From: an uncultured Gammaproteobacteria bacterium
GTDB lineage: Bacteria > Pseudomonadota > Gammaproteobacteria > Steroidobacterales > Rariloculaceae
Length of the DNA stretch: 64,000 nucleotides
Reading direction: 5' to 3'
Assembly: GCA_964384125.1 (NCBI GenBank)
Contig: CAYLKA010000003.1
Location: forward strand, 548-64,547
In this document: piece by piece, positions 20,160 through 29,468 of the stretch
How positions within the stretch are numbered: position 1 is the first letter of the stretch
Layout of the letters: every line of letters begins with the position of its first letter
The notes under the pieces: model-generated
Seen by the model: only the letters and a program-made list of their open reading frames with translations
Database searches by the model: none
Told to the model about the DNA's origin: nothing
Position numbers and translations under genes: made by a program

Positions 20160-21602
20160 TCACGCCGCTAGCTTGACGTATTCGTAATCACCGGGCTGAC
20201 CGTTAATACCCGCCCTCGGCGGCGCGATCCAGCTCGAGAACTCACCAGGTTCGAACGTGGGTTTCATCAGCGAAAGCATATACTCCAAATCTGCTTCCGA
20301 CGGCAGCCACTCGCCATGGCGCCTCGACCACTCCGACTCGGTGAGCAGCTGCCCTTCAGGTGTTGCCTTGACCTGAGAAAACTCTCCAACCGCGCGATGG
20401 AAAGCACGATGGGGGAGCGTCAGGCGACGATCAATGTCCTGCTCTTCGAGCACTCGGTTCCACCGCTTTAACACGTTCTCGCAATCGGCAAGGTAGTCAT
20501 CGGAGAGCCGGGTATTGATCGCGCTAAGCGCGGGAACCTCGACAACCTGCAGTTCATCGCCGACCACCTGCGCAACGGGGTAGGTATCTTTCTCAAGTTG
20601 ATGGTCATCGTCAATCCGATTCTCTCGGAAACGACCCTTTAACCCTGCGTTAAAAGAGTTCGCGGCGTTCGTGGAAATCTCTGCGCCGAATAAATCCAGC
20701 GTAACGGAGACATGAAAGTTGATCTTCTTCTGAATAGTCGGCAGATCAACAGCGCCGTACTTTCGGACCCCCTCGATGTCATCTGGATCAGTGATGCCAT
20801 GCTCGTTCATAACCTCGCAAGTCTTTTGAACGATCCGTTCCACACCAGTTCTACCGACGAACATATGATGACCCTCCTCAGTCAGCATGAAGCGACAGGT
20901 TCTCGCCAGGGGGTCGAAACCAGACTGGGCAAGCGACTCCAACTGCATCTTGCCGTCACGGTCCGTAAATGTCGTGAACATGAAGAAAGAAACCCAGTCG
21001 GGCGTCTTTTCGTTAAACGCCCCGAGAATTCTTGGCTTGTCCTCATCTCCGGAACGTCTTTGCAACAGGGCTTCCGCTTCCTCACGACCGTCTCGACCAA
21101 AATACCTTTGAAGCAGGTAAACCATGGCCCAAAGATGGCGCCCCTCCTCAACATTCACTTGAAAGAGATTACGCATGTCATATAGAGACGGTGCGCTATG
21201 ACCGAGAAACCGCTGCTGCTCGACGGAAGCGGGCTCCGTGTCACCCTGGATGACGATGAGTCGCCTAAGCATTGCACGGTACTCGCCAGGTACCTCCTGC
21301 CACACGGGTGATCCCTTGTGCTGGCCGAAGCCGATAGTCCTGCCTTCTTCTTTGGGAGCTAGCAGCACACCCCAACGGTAATCAGGCATCTTGACGAAGC
21401 CGAACTGGGCCCAGCCTTCCTTGTCGACACTCACGGCAGTGCGAAGATACACCTCGCAGTCCTGGAACCCATCTGGCCCCATCTCGTTCCACCAATCGAG
21501 GTACTTTGGGTACCACTGCTCCATAGCTCGCTTGAGCTTCGCATCAGAAGCCAGGTCGACATTGTTGGGAATCAAAGAATCGTAATTTACATCTGTGGTC
21601 AT
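20160..21602 (-). CDS. boxB: benzoyl-CoA 2,3-epoxidase, di-iron oxygenase subunit BoxB
   Basis: 480 aa. Long identical stretches to Azoarcus BoxB as I recall it: YLRTAVSVD, QGDTEPASVEQQR, LFQVNVEEGRHLWAMVYLL, FGRDGREE, RRSGDED.PRIL, FNEKTPDW. Confidence 0.9.
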   Translation of the reverse strand: MTTDVNYDSLIPNNVDLASDAKLKRAMEQWYPKYLDWWNEMGPDGFQDCEVYLRTAVSVDKEGWAQFGFVKMPDYRWGVLLAPKEEGRTIGFGQHKGSPVWQEVPGEYRAMLRRLIVIQGDTEPASVEQQRFLGHSAPSLYDMRNLFQVNVEEGRHLWAMVYLLQRYFGRDGREEAEALLQRRSGDEDKPRILGAFNEKTPDWVSFFMFTTFTDRDGKMQLESLAQSGFDPLARTCRFMLTEEGHHMFVGRTGVERIVQKTCEVMNEHGITDPDDIEGVRKYGAVDLPTIQKKINFHVSVTLDLFGAEISTNAANSFNAGLKGRFRENRIDDDHQLEKDTYPVAQVVGDELQVVEVPALSAINTRLSDDYLADCENVLKRWNRVLEEQDIDRRLTLPHRAFHRAVGEFSQVKATPEGQLLTESEWSRRHGEWLPSEADLEYMLSLMKPTFEPGEFSSWIAPPRAGINGQPGDYEYVKLAA

Positions 21603-21650
21603 TGGTTTTATCCGTTTCGCGAGCCGTGCTCACATCTTAATCGTTATGTA

Positions 21651-23324
21651 CTAAACACGATTCCGATCATATTTTGCTCTGCGACCGGTGCCGTAGAGCT
21701 TCAATGCCCCTTCTTCCCCAACCGCGTTAGGGCGCTGAAAAATCCAGTTCTGCCACGCACTTAACCGCCCAAAGATCTTGGACTCTGTCGTCTCTGGACC
21801 GGCGAAACGCAAATTGGCCTCCATGCCAGTCAACGCGTCTGGGGAGAAGCTCGCGCGTTCCTCGAGAAGCAAACGGATCTCATCTTCCCAGTCAATATCA
21901 TCCGGCGCAAAAGTGATCAATCCTGCCTCGAGCGCTTCTCGACCAGTCATCGGCTTGCCGTTTAAGCTCTCGGCACGATTAATGCTTTCGGGTTCGCCGA
22001 TGAAGCGGGTCTCGAGGCGCGTCAAACCGTTGGCCATCTTTAGCGGTCCAAAACTCATAGCCGTAATCTCAATAGTCGGTGCCGGTCTGCGGTCACCCTC
22101 AAGCTGACCATCGAGCATGTACGATCGATCTACTGCAAAAAGCAGCTCCGCCAAGATCCCAGTGAAGCAGCTTCCAGATTCGACGAACGCAAATGTAGTG
22201 CGCGAAGTCACGTCGAGCCGCTTGAAAGCGCGCTGGGCGAAAAGCAACACCTCACGCATAAACCAGTCGGCGCTCTGCTCCTCCAGTAAGGCACTGTGAG
22301 CAGCCGCCCTAGCGGCGTCACCTCTACTCTTGAGGATCAAGGTGCCGAGCTCCAACTCATTGAACCGTAGGTGCAAGAGTGCATCCTCGAACGCGCGAAG
22401 GATGGCTAACGGCCAGAATTCAGCGCCCTGGCTTTTCGCTTCCTCGAGGCTCCCGCATTCATCGGTCGGCCCGACAAACATCAGGGTCGCGGTTCGTCCC
22501 TCTGGATCCAAATCCACCGTTAGATAATCGTAGCGAATCTGCAAGCCATCGATCTCTTTGGTCAACGGACTGAGCTCGATACCCGGCTCGTCATCCGGCC
22601 TGTCAGACTGCTGCGTCAACTCCAAGGCGCACTCTCTTACTCTATCTTCGAACTTCGACCGCGGAACCAGCTCATCGACTAACCGCCAGTCCACCGCACG
22701 CTGGCCCCTAACCCCCTCTTCAACAGTGCAAAAAACATCCGCAAGATCCCGGCGAACGCGGCGTTTATCCACGACGCGGGTCAACCCTCCTGTTCCAGGC
22801 AGAACGCCCAGCAACGGCACCTCGGGCAACGAAACGGCCGCATTACCATCGTCGATCAACAGAATATGGTCGGTAGCGATAGCCAACTCATATCCACCTC
22901 CGGCAGCCGACCCGTTCAACGCAGCCAGATAGACTTGACCCGATCGTTGACTCGCGTCCTCCAACGCGTTTCGCGTCTCGTTCGTGAACTTACAGAAGTT
23001 AACTTTGTGAGAATGCGTCGCAGAACCCAGCATACGGATGTTGGCACCCGCGCAGAACATCCCTGCCTTGCCAGACGTCAGCACGACCGCTTTGACCTCA
23101 GGGTGTTCGAAACGTAAACGCTGCACAGCGTCATACAGTTCGATGTCGACACCGATGTCATAGGAATTGAGCTTCAGCTCATAACCTTCGAATTCCGGTG
23201 CGTCTTCATCAACGTTCATCTTGAGGAAAGCAATAGGACCCTCGATGGATACCGCCCAATGTCGATACCGTTCCGGCTGGGTCCGGAAATCGAGATAGCC
23301 AGAAACCTGGTTAGCCGACACCAT
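21651..23324 (-). CDS. boxC: 2,3-epoxybenzoyl-CoA dihydrolase BoxC
   Basis: 557 aa crotonase-superfamily protein. KLNSYDIGVDIELYDAVQRLRFEHPEV matches BoxC from recall. It lies immediately upstream of boxB. Confidence 0.85.
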   Translation of the reverse strand: MVSANQVSGYLDFRTQPERYRHWAVSIEGPIAFLKMNVDEDAPEFEGYELKLNSYDIGVDIELYDAVQRLRFEHPEVKAVVLTSGKAGMFCAGANIRMLGSATHSHKVNFCKFTNETRNALEDASQRSGQVYLAALNGSAAGGGYELAIATDHILLIDDGNAAVSLPEVPLLGVLPGTGGLTRVVDKRRVRRDLADVFCTVEEGVRGQRAVDWRLVDELVPRSKFEDRVRECALELTQQSDRPDDEPGIELSPLTKEIDGLQIRYDYLTVDLDPEGRTATLMFVGPTDECGSLEEAKSQGAEFWPLAILRAFEDALLHLRFNELELGTLILKSRGDAARAAAHSALLEEQSADWFMREVLLFAQRAFKRLDVTSRTTFAFVESGSCFTGILAELLFAVDRSYMLDGQLEGDRRPAPTIEITAMSFGPLKMANGLTRLETRFIGEPESINRAESLNGKPMTGREALEAGLITFAPDDIDWEDEIRLLLEERASFSPDALTGMEANLRFAGPETTESKIFGRLSAWQNWIFQRPNAVGEEGALKLYGTGRRAKYDRNRV

Positions 23325-23434
23325 TATAAGTACTATATTGCATATATACTCAGTTTGTGTAACCTGATATGCATTATCATATTACTTTATCCGGATTTTA
23401 GGCAAGAAAACAGCTTTATAATTCACTATTCTCC
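23325..23434. promoter_or_regulatory. AT-rich divergent boxC / boxR control region with TGCA-centred motifs
   Basis: 110-bp strongly AT-rich gap. ATATTGCATATAT has its TGCA at 23339-23342. TGATA-TGCAT-TATCA lies at 23365-23379 with its TGCA at 23370-23373. The two TGCA cores are 31 bp apart. Confidence 0.35.
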
Positions 23435-24334
23435 ATGATTATGAGAAAAACTCCCCCCCAGGAGTCCGTCGACCTCCTTCAGCATCTCGGCGGCCGGGTG
23501 CGCGACATTCGAGCCCTCCGGGGCATAACACGCAAGACCTTAGCGCTTCGCTCGAGGGTTTCTGAGCGCTATCTCGCCGCGCTGGAGCAGGGTCGAGGCA
23601 ACATCTCCATTCGCCTTCTCGGACGCGTTGCCAATGCGCTGGAGATCGAACCGAATCAACTGCTGGAGGTCTGTGATAACCAGACGCAAGAACAGAACCT
23701 AATCATCGATCTCGCCCGTCAACTCTCCATCGAGGATCAGAAGGCCGCGCTGCAGATGCTCTATGAAGGTTTCGTCGCCTCAGAACCCTCGAAACAACGC
23801 ATCGCTCTAATCGGTTTGCGCGGCGCCGGAAAAACCACATTGGGGCAACAGCTCGCCGATCGCCTGAACATCCCCTTCGTTGCTTTGGCGAGCGTCATAG
23901 AGGGACTGGCCGGCATGAGTGTGTCGGAGATTTTCTCCCTTTCCGGCGAACTCGGTTACCGGCGCTTGGAGGAGCAGGCTCTCTATCAAACCCTAAACCG
24001 GAATGGGAATTGCGTTATCGAAACAGGCGGCGGCATGGTCGTCGAACCGAAGATATTGAACACCCTGCTAACAACTTGTTTCGTTATTTGGCTGAAGACA
24101 GCTCCGGAACAATACATGGAAAGGGTCGTTAATCAGGGAGATCTTCGCCCCATGCTCAATCGCCCGGATGCGATGGCAAACCTGAGGCAACTGCTGGACG
24201 AACGAGAACCGTTTTACGCGAAAGCGCACGCCACGCTCGATACCGCCGATCAGCCGGTGGAGGAATCACTGCGCCGTCTTCTCCAGTCGCTACCACAGAA
24301 TCTGGTCGGTACAAAGTCCGGCGGGCACCGGTGA
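23435..24334 (+). CDS. boxR: BoxR/BzdR-type regulator (XRE HTH fused to shikimate-kinase-like domain)
   Basis: N-terminal HTH (LRGITRKTLALRSRVSERYLAALEQGRGNISI) and a C-terminal P-loop domain (GLRGAGKTTLG). It is divergent from boxCB. Confidence 0.8.
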   Translation: MIMRKTPPQESVDLLQHLGGRVRDIRALRGITRKTLALRSRVSERYLAALEQGRGNISIRLLGRVANALEIEPNQLLEVCDNQTQEQNLIIDLARQLSIEDQKAALQMLYEGFVASEPSKQRIALIGLRGAGKTTLGQQLADRLNIPFVALASVIEGLAGMSVSEIFSLSGELGYRRLEEQALYQTLNRNGNCVIETGGGMVVEPKILNTLLTTCFVIWLKTAPEQYMERVVNQGDLRPMLNRPDAMANLRQLLDEREPFYAKAHATLDTADQPVEESLRRLLQSLPQNLVGTKSGGHR

Positions 24335-24484
24335 CGTTAGAGCAAGTGTGATGCTGACGAGGGGGTTCCTCAGACTTCCAGCAAAGCGTTCGCGGAAGGC
24401 CGGAGGAAAATTTAGCGGAAAAACAGCCGTTGAGGCTACAATAGCCGCGGCCGACAAAGAGCGAAAGCGCACAGAGGATTTACT

Positions 24485-24808
24485 ATGACCTATGTCGTCA
24501 CCGATAGCTGTATCAAATGTAAGTTAACCGACTGCGTGGAGGTCTGCCCAGTGGACTGTTTCCACGAGGGGCCGAACATGCTGGTTATCGACCCGGAGGA
24601 GTGCATCGACTGTACGTTATGCGAACCGGAATGCCCCGTCGAGGCGATTGTCTCTGAGGATGAGATACCAGATGGTCAAGAAGGGTTTCTTGAGTTAAAC
24701 GCGGAACTGGCCCAGGCCTGGCCGGTTATTACTGAGGCCAAGGACCCACCCGAAGACGCAGACGACTGGCGCGAGGTGAAAGACAAACTCCAGCACCTAG
24801 AGCGCTAG
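24485..24808 (+). CDS. fdxA: 7Fe (Azotobacter FdI-type) ferredoxin
   Basis: 107 aa. [18 protein letters not shown] plus [12 protein letters not shown] cysteine patterns. Confidence 0.9.
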   Translation: MTYVVTDSCIKCKLTDCVEVCPVDCFHEGPNMLVIDPEECIDCTLCEPECPVEAIVSEDEIPDGQEGFLELNAELAQAWPVITEAKDPPEDADDWREVKDKLQHLER

Positions 24809-25010
24809 CAACAATTCTTACATTTTAGCGACTTTTAGCTGCACTTTTATAGATTTTAGAGACAATTCGTTGCTTTTTCTGAAAGCTCGTCGGAGAAAAA
24901 CAACGCCTCTCTGCAGAGCAGATAGCGCTACTGCAATCCATCTATCGGTGTGCGAATAAGGACTTCCCCAGCACCAGGCCCCCGCCGAAGTCACTCATGG
25001 AACACCAAGT

Positions 25011-25796
25011 GTGAATCCCGCGCGCCCGTCATCCGCCGTGATACTCCTACGGGAGGAAGCAGGCGACACTGAGGTTTTCTTGGGTAAACGCCACGGGCGC
25101 GCGACTTTCGCCTCGGCATTCGTGTTTCCTGGTGGTGTGGTCGAGCCGGAAGACGCATTGGTTCACGAGCACTGTAACGGTGTGGACAGTTCGGATGCAG
25201 ATCGACGCTTGTCCGTCGTCTCAGGCGGCCTCGACTATTTCAGCGCCGCGATTCGTGAGCTCTTTGAGGAAACCGGCGTATTGCTCGCCACCGATACCGA
25301 AGGCGAATGGATCACCAAAGAGACCGATCGCCGCGTATCGCTCTCCGATACGCGCCAGGCGCTATACGCGGGTGAGCTATCGTGGGCTGAAACCCTATCC
25401 AGCTGGCGCATTAAGCTTGCCACAGACCACCTGCATTACGTGGGTCATTGGGAAACACCGGTGATTTTGAGTGCGCGGTTTTCAACCCGTTTTTTCCTTG
25501 CGGATCTGCCACCTGGTCAGGAACCGAAACATGACGGAAAAGAGTTAATCGACAGTCGGTGGCTTACACCGACTGAAGCCTTGGGACTACACAAAATTGG
25601 TGAGATCGAGCTACCGTTTCCACACATGAAGCACCTGCAGAAACTGGCGTCGTTCTCTACGCCACAAGAATTACGGCAATGGGCTCGGGAGCGTTGGCGG
25701 GAACCTATAGTGAAGGTCAGACCCTGGATAATAGAGGGAGCCGGTGAACGGAAGTTTATTCTACCCTGGGAACCAGGGTACCCTGACAATGCCTGA
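25011..25796 (+). CDS. NUDIX-family hydrolase with interrupted Nudix box
   Basis: GGVVEPE followed 34 residues later by RELFEETGV. GTG start. Confidence 0.65.
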   Translation: MNPARPSSAVILLREEAGDTEVFLGKRHGRATFASAFVFPGGVVEPEDALVHEHCNGVDSSDADRRLSVVSGGLDYFSAAIRELFEETGVLLATDTEGEWITKETDRRVSLSDTRQALYAGELSWAETLSSWRIKLATDHLHYVGHWETPVILSARFSTRFFLADLPPGQEPKHDGKELIDSRWLTPTEALGLHKIGEIELPFPHMKHLQKLASFSTPQELRQWARERWREPIVKVRPWIIEGAGERKFILPWEPGYPDNA

Positions 25797-25798
25797 AA

Positions 25799-28081
25799 CT
25801 AAGGTTGCAGGAGATAGGAGAATTTAATAAAGAACTGCTCGCCGTCCTGGCGTAAGTCATTTGTGCGTATCAATTCTGTCCCATCCTCGGTATCTATCAA
25901 ATTAAAGTTACTAGAATTACTGTTGTAACCCACATAGAGCGCTGACCAAGGATTTAAAACATATCGAACCAGTAAGTCGTAGTTCAGGCCCTTTGTATTA
26001 GTTAAAGAAGTTAAGGGCCCAGGATCTATGAACTCTTCCTGTACGATAAAACGCAGTGACGCCTCTCTTGAGAACTGATAATTCCACTTCGCTCTTATTA
26101 TTGAATCCTTCAAGATCTCCGTAGCACTTAATGGGTCCTCTAGTGAAGTGTTCAGATAGGTCAGATCAAGCCTCAACCGTTCCAATGGTCTCCACAAAAA
26201 ACCTAGCTCACTAGTAATAAAATCTGCCAGGTCTGGTTCTTGCCCCTCCACTGGCGACAGATTAATAGTGTCCCCCCCTCTAATATTTGCCGTAAATCCA
26301 GTGGAAGAGAACATCTGAGTCTCGGCCTCAAGCCTCCATTGACTCTGCTTAAAATCCTTAGCCCTCACCAGATTAGAATGGTCTTGGGCCCTCAAGCGCT
26401 CCCGCATACTATCTAACCGTCCCATCAGAGCGGTTTCCCCGTCCCAAGTCGCCTCCAGCCGAAAATCAATGTGCTCATAAAGCCTGAGGCCGCTCTGATC
26501 CACCACTCTATTGATGCCTACTCTCGGGGTCCAGCTATTAACCCAGGCATCTTCTGGCCAGAATGTATAGCCGACATTCGTATGGGTAGACCTTGAGTCA
26601 GGAACATAATTTCTATTTTGAAAACCGAGATCTACCTGAAAATCTTCAGTAGTATCAATCAGATGAAGGTGAATGCGCAGACTTCGTCCCTGCCGGTCGA
26701 ATTTTATGTTGGTCTGACTCCCGTCGGTAGCGACACCTGTAGCGTCCTTAGACTGGGTATCGACGAATTGCATTTGCGTGGCCCAGTTATCAGTTATCCT
26801 AAAGTTCCCATCCACATTAAGAACGCTGTTTTCTGTATTACCGAACTCCCGGCTCGAATAGAACATCCCAACCCGATCCTGGTCAGACAGGTCACGGAAC
26901 AATCGGAAAATATTTATATCCGCTGCATCTCCTGCGAATTGCTCTTCGGCAGAAAGTTCCTGCCCGGGTGCTTCGTCGTTCATGGACATCGTTCCGATGC
27001 CCCAGTCACCAAGCTTGCCCGTTAACCTTAATCCCCCTTGCGGATCCACAATTCGCCTTGTAAACAGTAATGTTGAATCCGTAGAGAAGTAATCTGCATT
27101 TTCCAGAAAGAAGGGCCTACGCTCTGGGAACCGTACTTCGAAACGTTCATTTACTGTGACTTGTGGCTCATCGGATTCCACCTGGCTAAAGTCAGGGTTA
27201 AAGGTCGCATCCACCACTAAGCTATCTCGAATCACAAACTTTGCATCAAGGCCAATATTTTCCTCCGAACCCTCGCTAAAAACCGGCCCGCCGGTAGCTG
27301 CCGAATCGAGTACGTCAAAATTGCGCCCAAAAACAAATGGCACCAACTGTATATTTCGGCCTGGAGAAACATCTCGGATACCTGTTGCAACAGCTGCTTG
27401 GTTCAATCGGCCTTCTATGACTGATGAATAAGCTGGCCAGTAGGAGTTTTCGCTAAGCCTTGGAATATTCCTACCAAACTGAACACGCCACACCTGCTCC
27501 GCATTAGCTGGAAAACGCAGGTTACGCAAAGGAATAGTCATCTGCGTCATGTAACCCAAGTCTGTTAACCGAGCATCCGTGTACCAAACAGCCTCATACG
27601 ACCCGTCCCATGCTCTAAACCCACTTTCAAGGTCAGACCAGCGCCCATCACTCTGCACCCCTGCAGCACTGACCCCAAAACCATAGGCATTACGCTGGTC
27701 GTTAAAAGTGTCGATGAGAAGCCCCACCCAATCATCGTTTTGGATCTCCTCCCGTGGTGCGAGGTTGGACCGGATCTGGTCAGGCTCAGTGTCAAAAGCG
27801 AGATGAATCGCATAAAAGTTCACGTTGTCGTAGGCAGCAAAAACGACAGTTTCTTGGCTGGCTGGGTCCCCATCACTAGGTTCACGCTGAACAAAGCCCT
27901 CCACTCTAGTCATCATGGCCGAAATTTCGGGTGTGGGTTGCATACCCGGAAAATCATCAAGACTTGGTGGACGCTCAATGAAGGGTATTTGGAGGGCCGC
28001 CGTCTCCTGGGATACGGCAACAGCGCCTACCTGGATTAACAGCACTCCAAGACAGCACTGCATTAAAAAGCGGGATCTCAC
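25799..28081 (-). CDS. large exported / outer-membrane protein (DUF5916, CBM9-like N-terminus)
   Basis: 760 aa. Signal peptide, alternating beta-strand-like sequence, and a C-terminal aromatic end (FIKFSYLLQP). Family assignment is from recall. Confidence 0.55.
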   Translation of the reverse strand: MRSRFLMQCCLGVLLIQVGAVAVSQETAALQIPFIERPPSLDDFPGMQPTPEISAMMTRVEGFVQREPSDGDPASQETVVFAAYDNVNFYAIHLAFDTEPDQIRSNLAPREEIQNDDWVGLLIDTFNDQRNAYGFGVSAAGVQSDGRWSDLESGFRAWDGSYEAVWYTDARLTDLGYMTQMTIPLRNLRFPANAEQVWRVQFGRNIPRLSENSYWPAYSSVIEGRLNQAAVATGIRDVSPGRNIQLVPFVFGRNFDVLDSAATGGPVFSEGSEENIGLDAKFVIRDSLVVDATFNPDFSQVESDEPQVTVNERFEVRFPERRPFFLENADYFSTDSTLLFTRRIVDPQGGLRLTGKLGDWGIGTMSMNDEAPGQELSAEEQFAGDAADINIFRLFRDLSDQDRVGMFYSSREFGNTENSVLNVDGNFRITDNWATQMQFVDTQSKDATGVATDGSQTNIKFDRQGRSLRIHLHLIDTTEDFQVDLGFQNRNYVPDSRSTHTNVGYTFWPEDAWVNSWTPRVGINRVVDQSGLRLYEHIDFRLEATWDGETALMGRLDSMRERLRAQDHSNLVRAKDFKQSQWRLEAETQMFSSTGFTANIRGGDTINLSPVEGQEPDLADFITSELGFLWRPLERLRLDLTYLNTSLEDPLSATEILKDSIIRAKWNYQFSREASLRFIVQEEFIDPGPLTSLTNTKGLNYDLLVRYVLNPWSALYVGYNSNSSNFNLIDTEDGTELIRTNDLRQDGEQFFIKFSYLLQP

Positions 28082-28303
28082 GTAAGAAGCGCCTCATTAG
28101 GTCCAGGGAGGGAATCGCCGAGCGCATTCTATAGCAAAAAGGCCGTGTTTATGGGCTCTGGAGAGGCCCAAAGATGAAAAATATGTCATAGAGGGAACAC
28201 GTGGTCTTTTGAGCATTTACAGCTCTAAAGCTCGGTGACGCCCTAAGGCTCAAGATGCTATAAAGGCGTCTAATGAAAAATCTACGAACATTGCTGGCCT
28301 GAC

Positions 28304-29326
28304 ATGATCATAGACTGCCATGGTCACTACACGACCGAACCCCCAGAGCTTGGCCACTACCGTGACAAGCAAAAAGCAGATGTAGAAACCAACCCACTCC
28401 ATCAGGCTAGCAAGGGAGTGCTAAACATAACCGACGACCAACTCCGGGAGAGCGTGGAGGGTGCCCAGCTAAAACTTCAAAAAGAACGTGGGACAGACCG
28501 AACAATTTTTTCGCCACGAGCCAGTGGTATGGGTCATCACATCGGCAATGAATCTACGAGCATCGCGTGGACGGCCCATTGTAATGAACTAATCTACCGG
28601 CTTACCCAACTCTATCCTGAAAACTTTATAGGTGTGTGCCAGTTACCTCAGTCACCTGGGGTGGGACTTAATAATTCGCTTATAGAACTGGAACGATGTG
28701 TCACAGAACTGGGTTTCGTTGGATGCAACCTAAACCCTGACCCCAGTGGCGGTTATTTCAACTCACCACCACTAGGCGACAAGTACTGGTACCCCCTATA
28801 TGAGAAAATGTGCGAACTGAGGGTGCCCGCGATGATCCACGTAAGCGCAGCGTGTAACCCAGCTTTCCATACAACCGGTTCCTATTACCTTAGTGCCGAC
28901 ACCACTGCTTTCATGCAGATGATGACCTCGAGCATGTTCAAAGACCTCCCGGAACTCAAACTGATCATCCCCCACGGCGGCGGAGCAGTGCCATTTCATT
29001 GGGGGCGTTTCAGGGGGCTCGCGGATATGCTGAAGAAACCGCCACTTGATGAACTCGTGCTAAACAATGTCTTCTTCGACACCTGCGTGTATCACCAACC
29101 GGGTATCGATCTACTACTCGACGTTATCCCCATAGATAACATCTTGTTCGCATCTGAAATGGTCGGAGCCGTTCGCGGAATTGACCCAGAGACCGGGCAT
29201 TACTTCGACGATACCAAACGCTATATCCTCGGCAACACAACACTGAGCGATGAGGATCGACGAAAGATTTTTGAGGACAACGCGCGAAGAGTCTACGGAC
29301 GACTGTCAGACAGCATCGGCGCCTGA
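28304..29326 (+). CDS. amidohydrolase-2 family enzyme (LigJ / ACMSD-like hydratase or decarboxylase)
   Basis: Starts MIIDCHGHYT (HxH metal motif). Later IIPHGGG and FASEM. About 340 aa, as for LigJ-type 4-oxalomesaconate hydratases. Confidence 0.7.
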   Translation: MIIDCHGHYTTEPPELGHYRDKQKADVETNPLHQASKGVLNITDDQLRESVEGAQLKLQKERGTDRTIFSPRASGMGHHIGNESTSIAWTAHCNELIYRLTQLYPENFIGVCQLPQSPGVGLNNSLIELERCVTELGFVGCNLNPDPSGGYFNSPPLGDKYWYPLYEKMCELRVPAMIHVSAACNPAFHTTGSYYLSADTTAFMQMMTSSMFKDLPELKLIIPHGGGAVPFHWGRFRGLADMLKKPPLDELVLNNVFFDTCVYHQPGIDLLLDVIPIDNILFASEMVGAVRGIDPETGHYFDDTKRYILGNTTLSDEDRRKIFEDNARRVYGRLSDSIGA

Positions 29327-29468
29327 CCGAACACCATCTCGGAGGACCAGCATCCTAATATGACTATGTGCTCATAGCCTCGATCGAGGAAATATTCCGC
29401 TAGACGCTTGCCATCCCAAGGCTGATCTACCAATTTATGCTTAACCTTTCCAAAACGACTCTCGATCG

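Noticed and set aside
29327-29468. Possible IS3-family transposase C-terminal relic. The minus-strand frame reads IESRFGKVKHKLVDQPWDGKRLAEYFLDRGYEH, vaguely like the ESFFGTLKxELV motif. It sits at the edge of the lower-GC patch.
   Set aside because: It is only about 45 codons. The similarity is limited to a few residues. The expected downstream YN..R.H motif is missing, and I saw no inverted repeats or target duplication. A blastx search would be needed before calling it.
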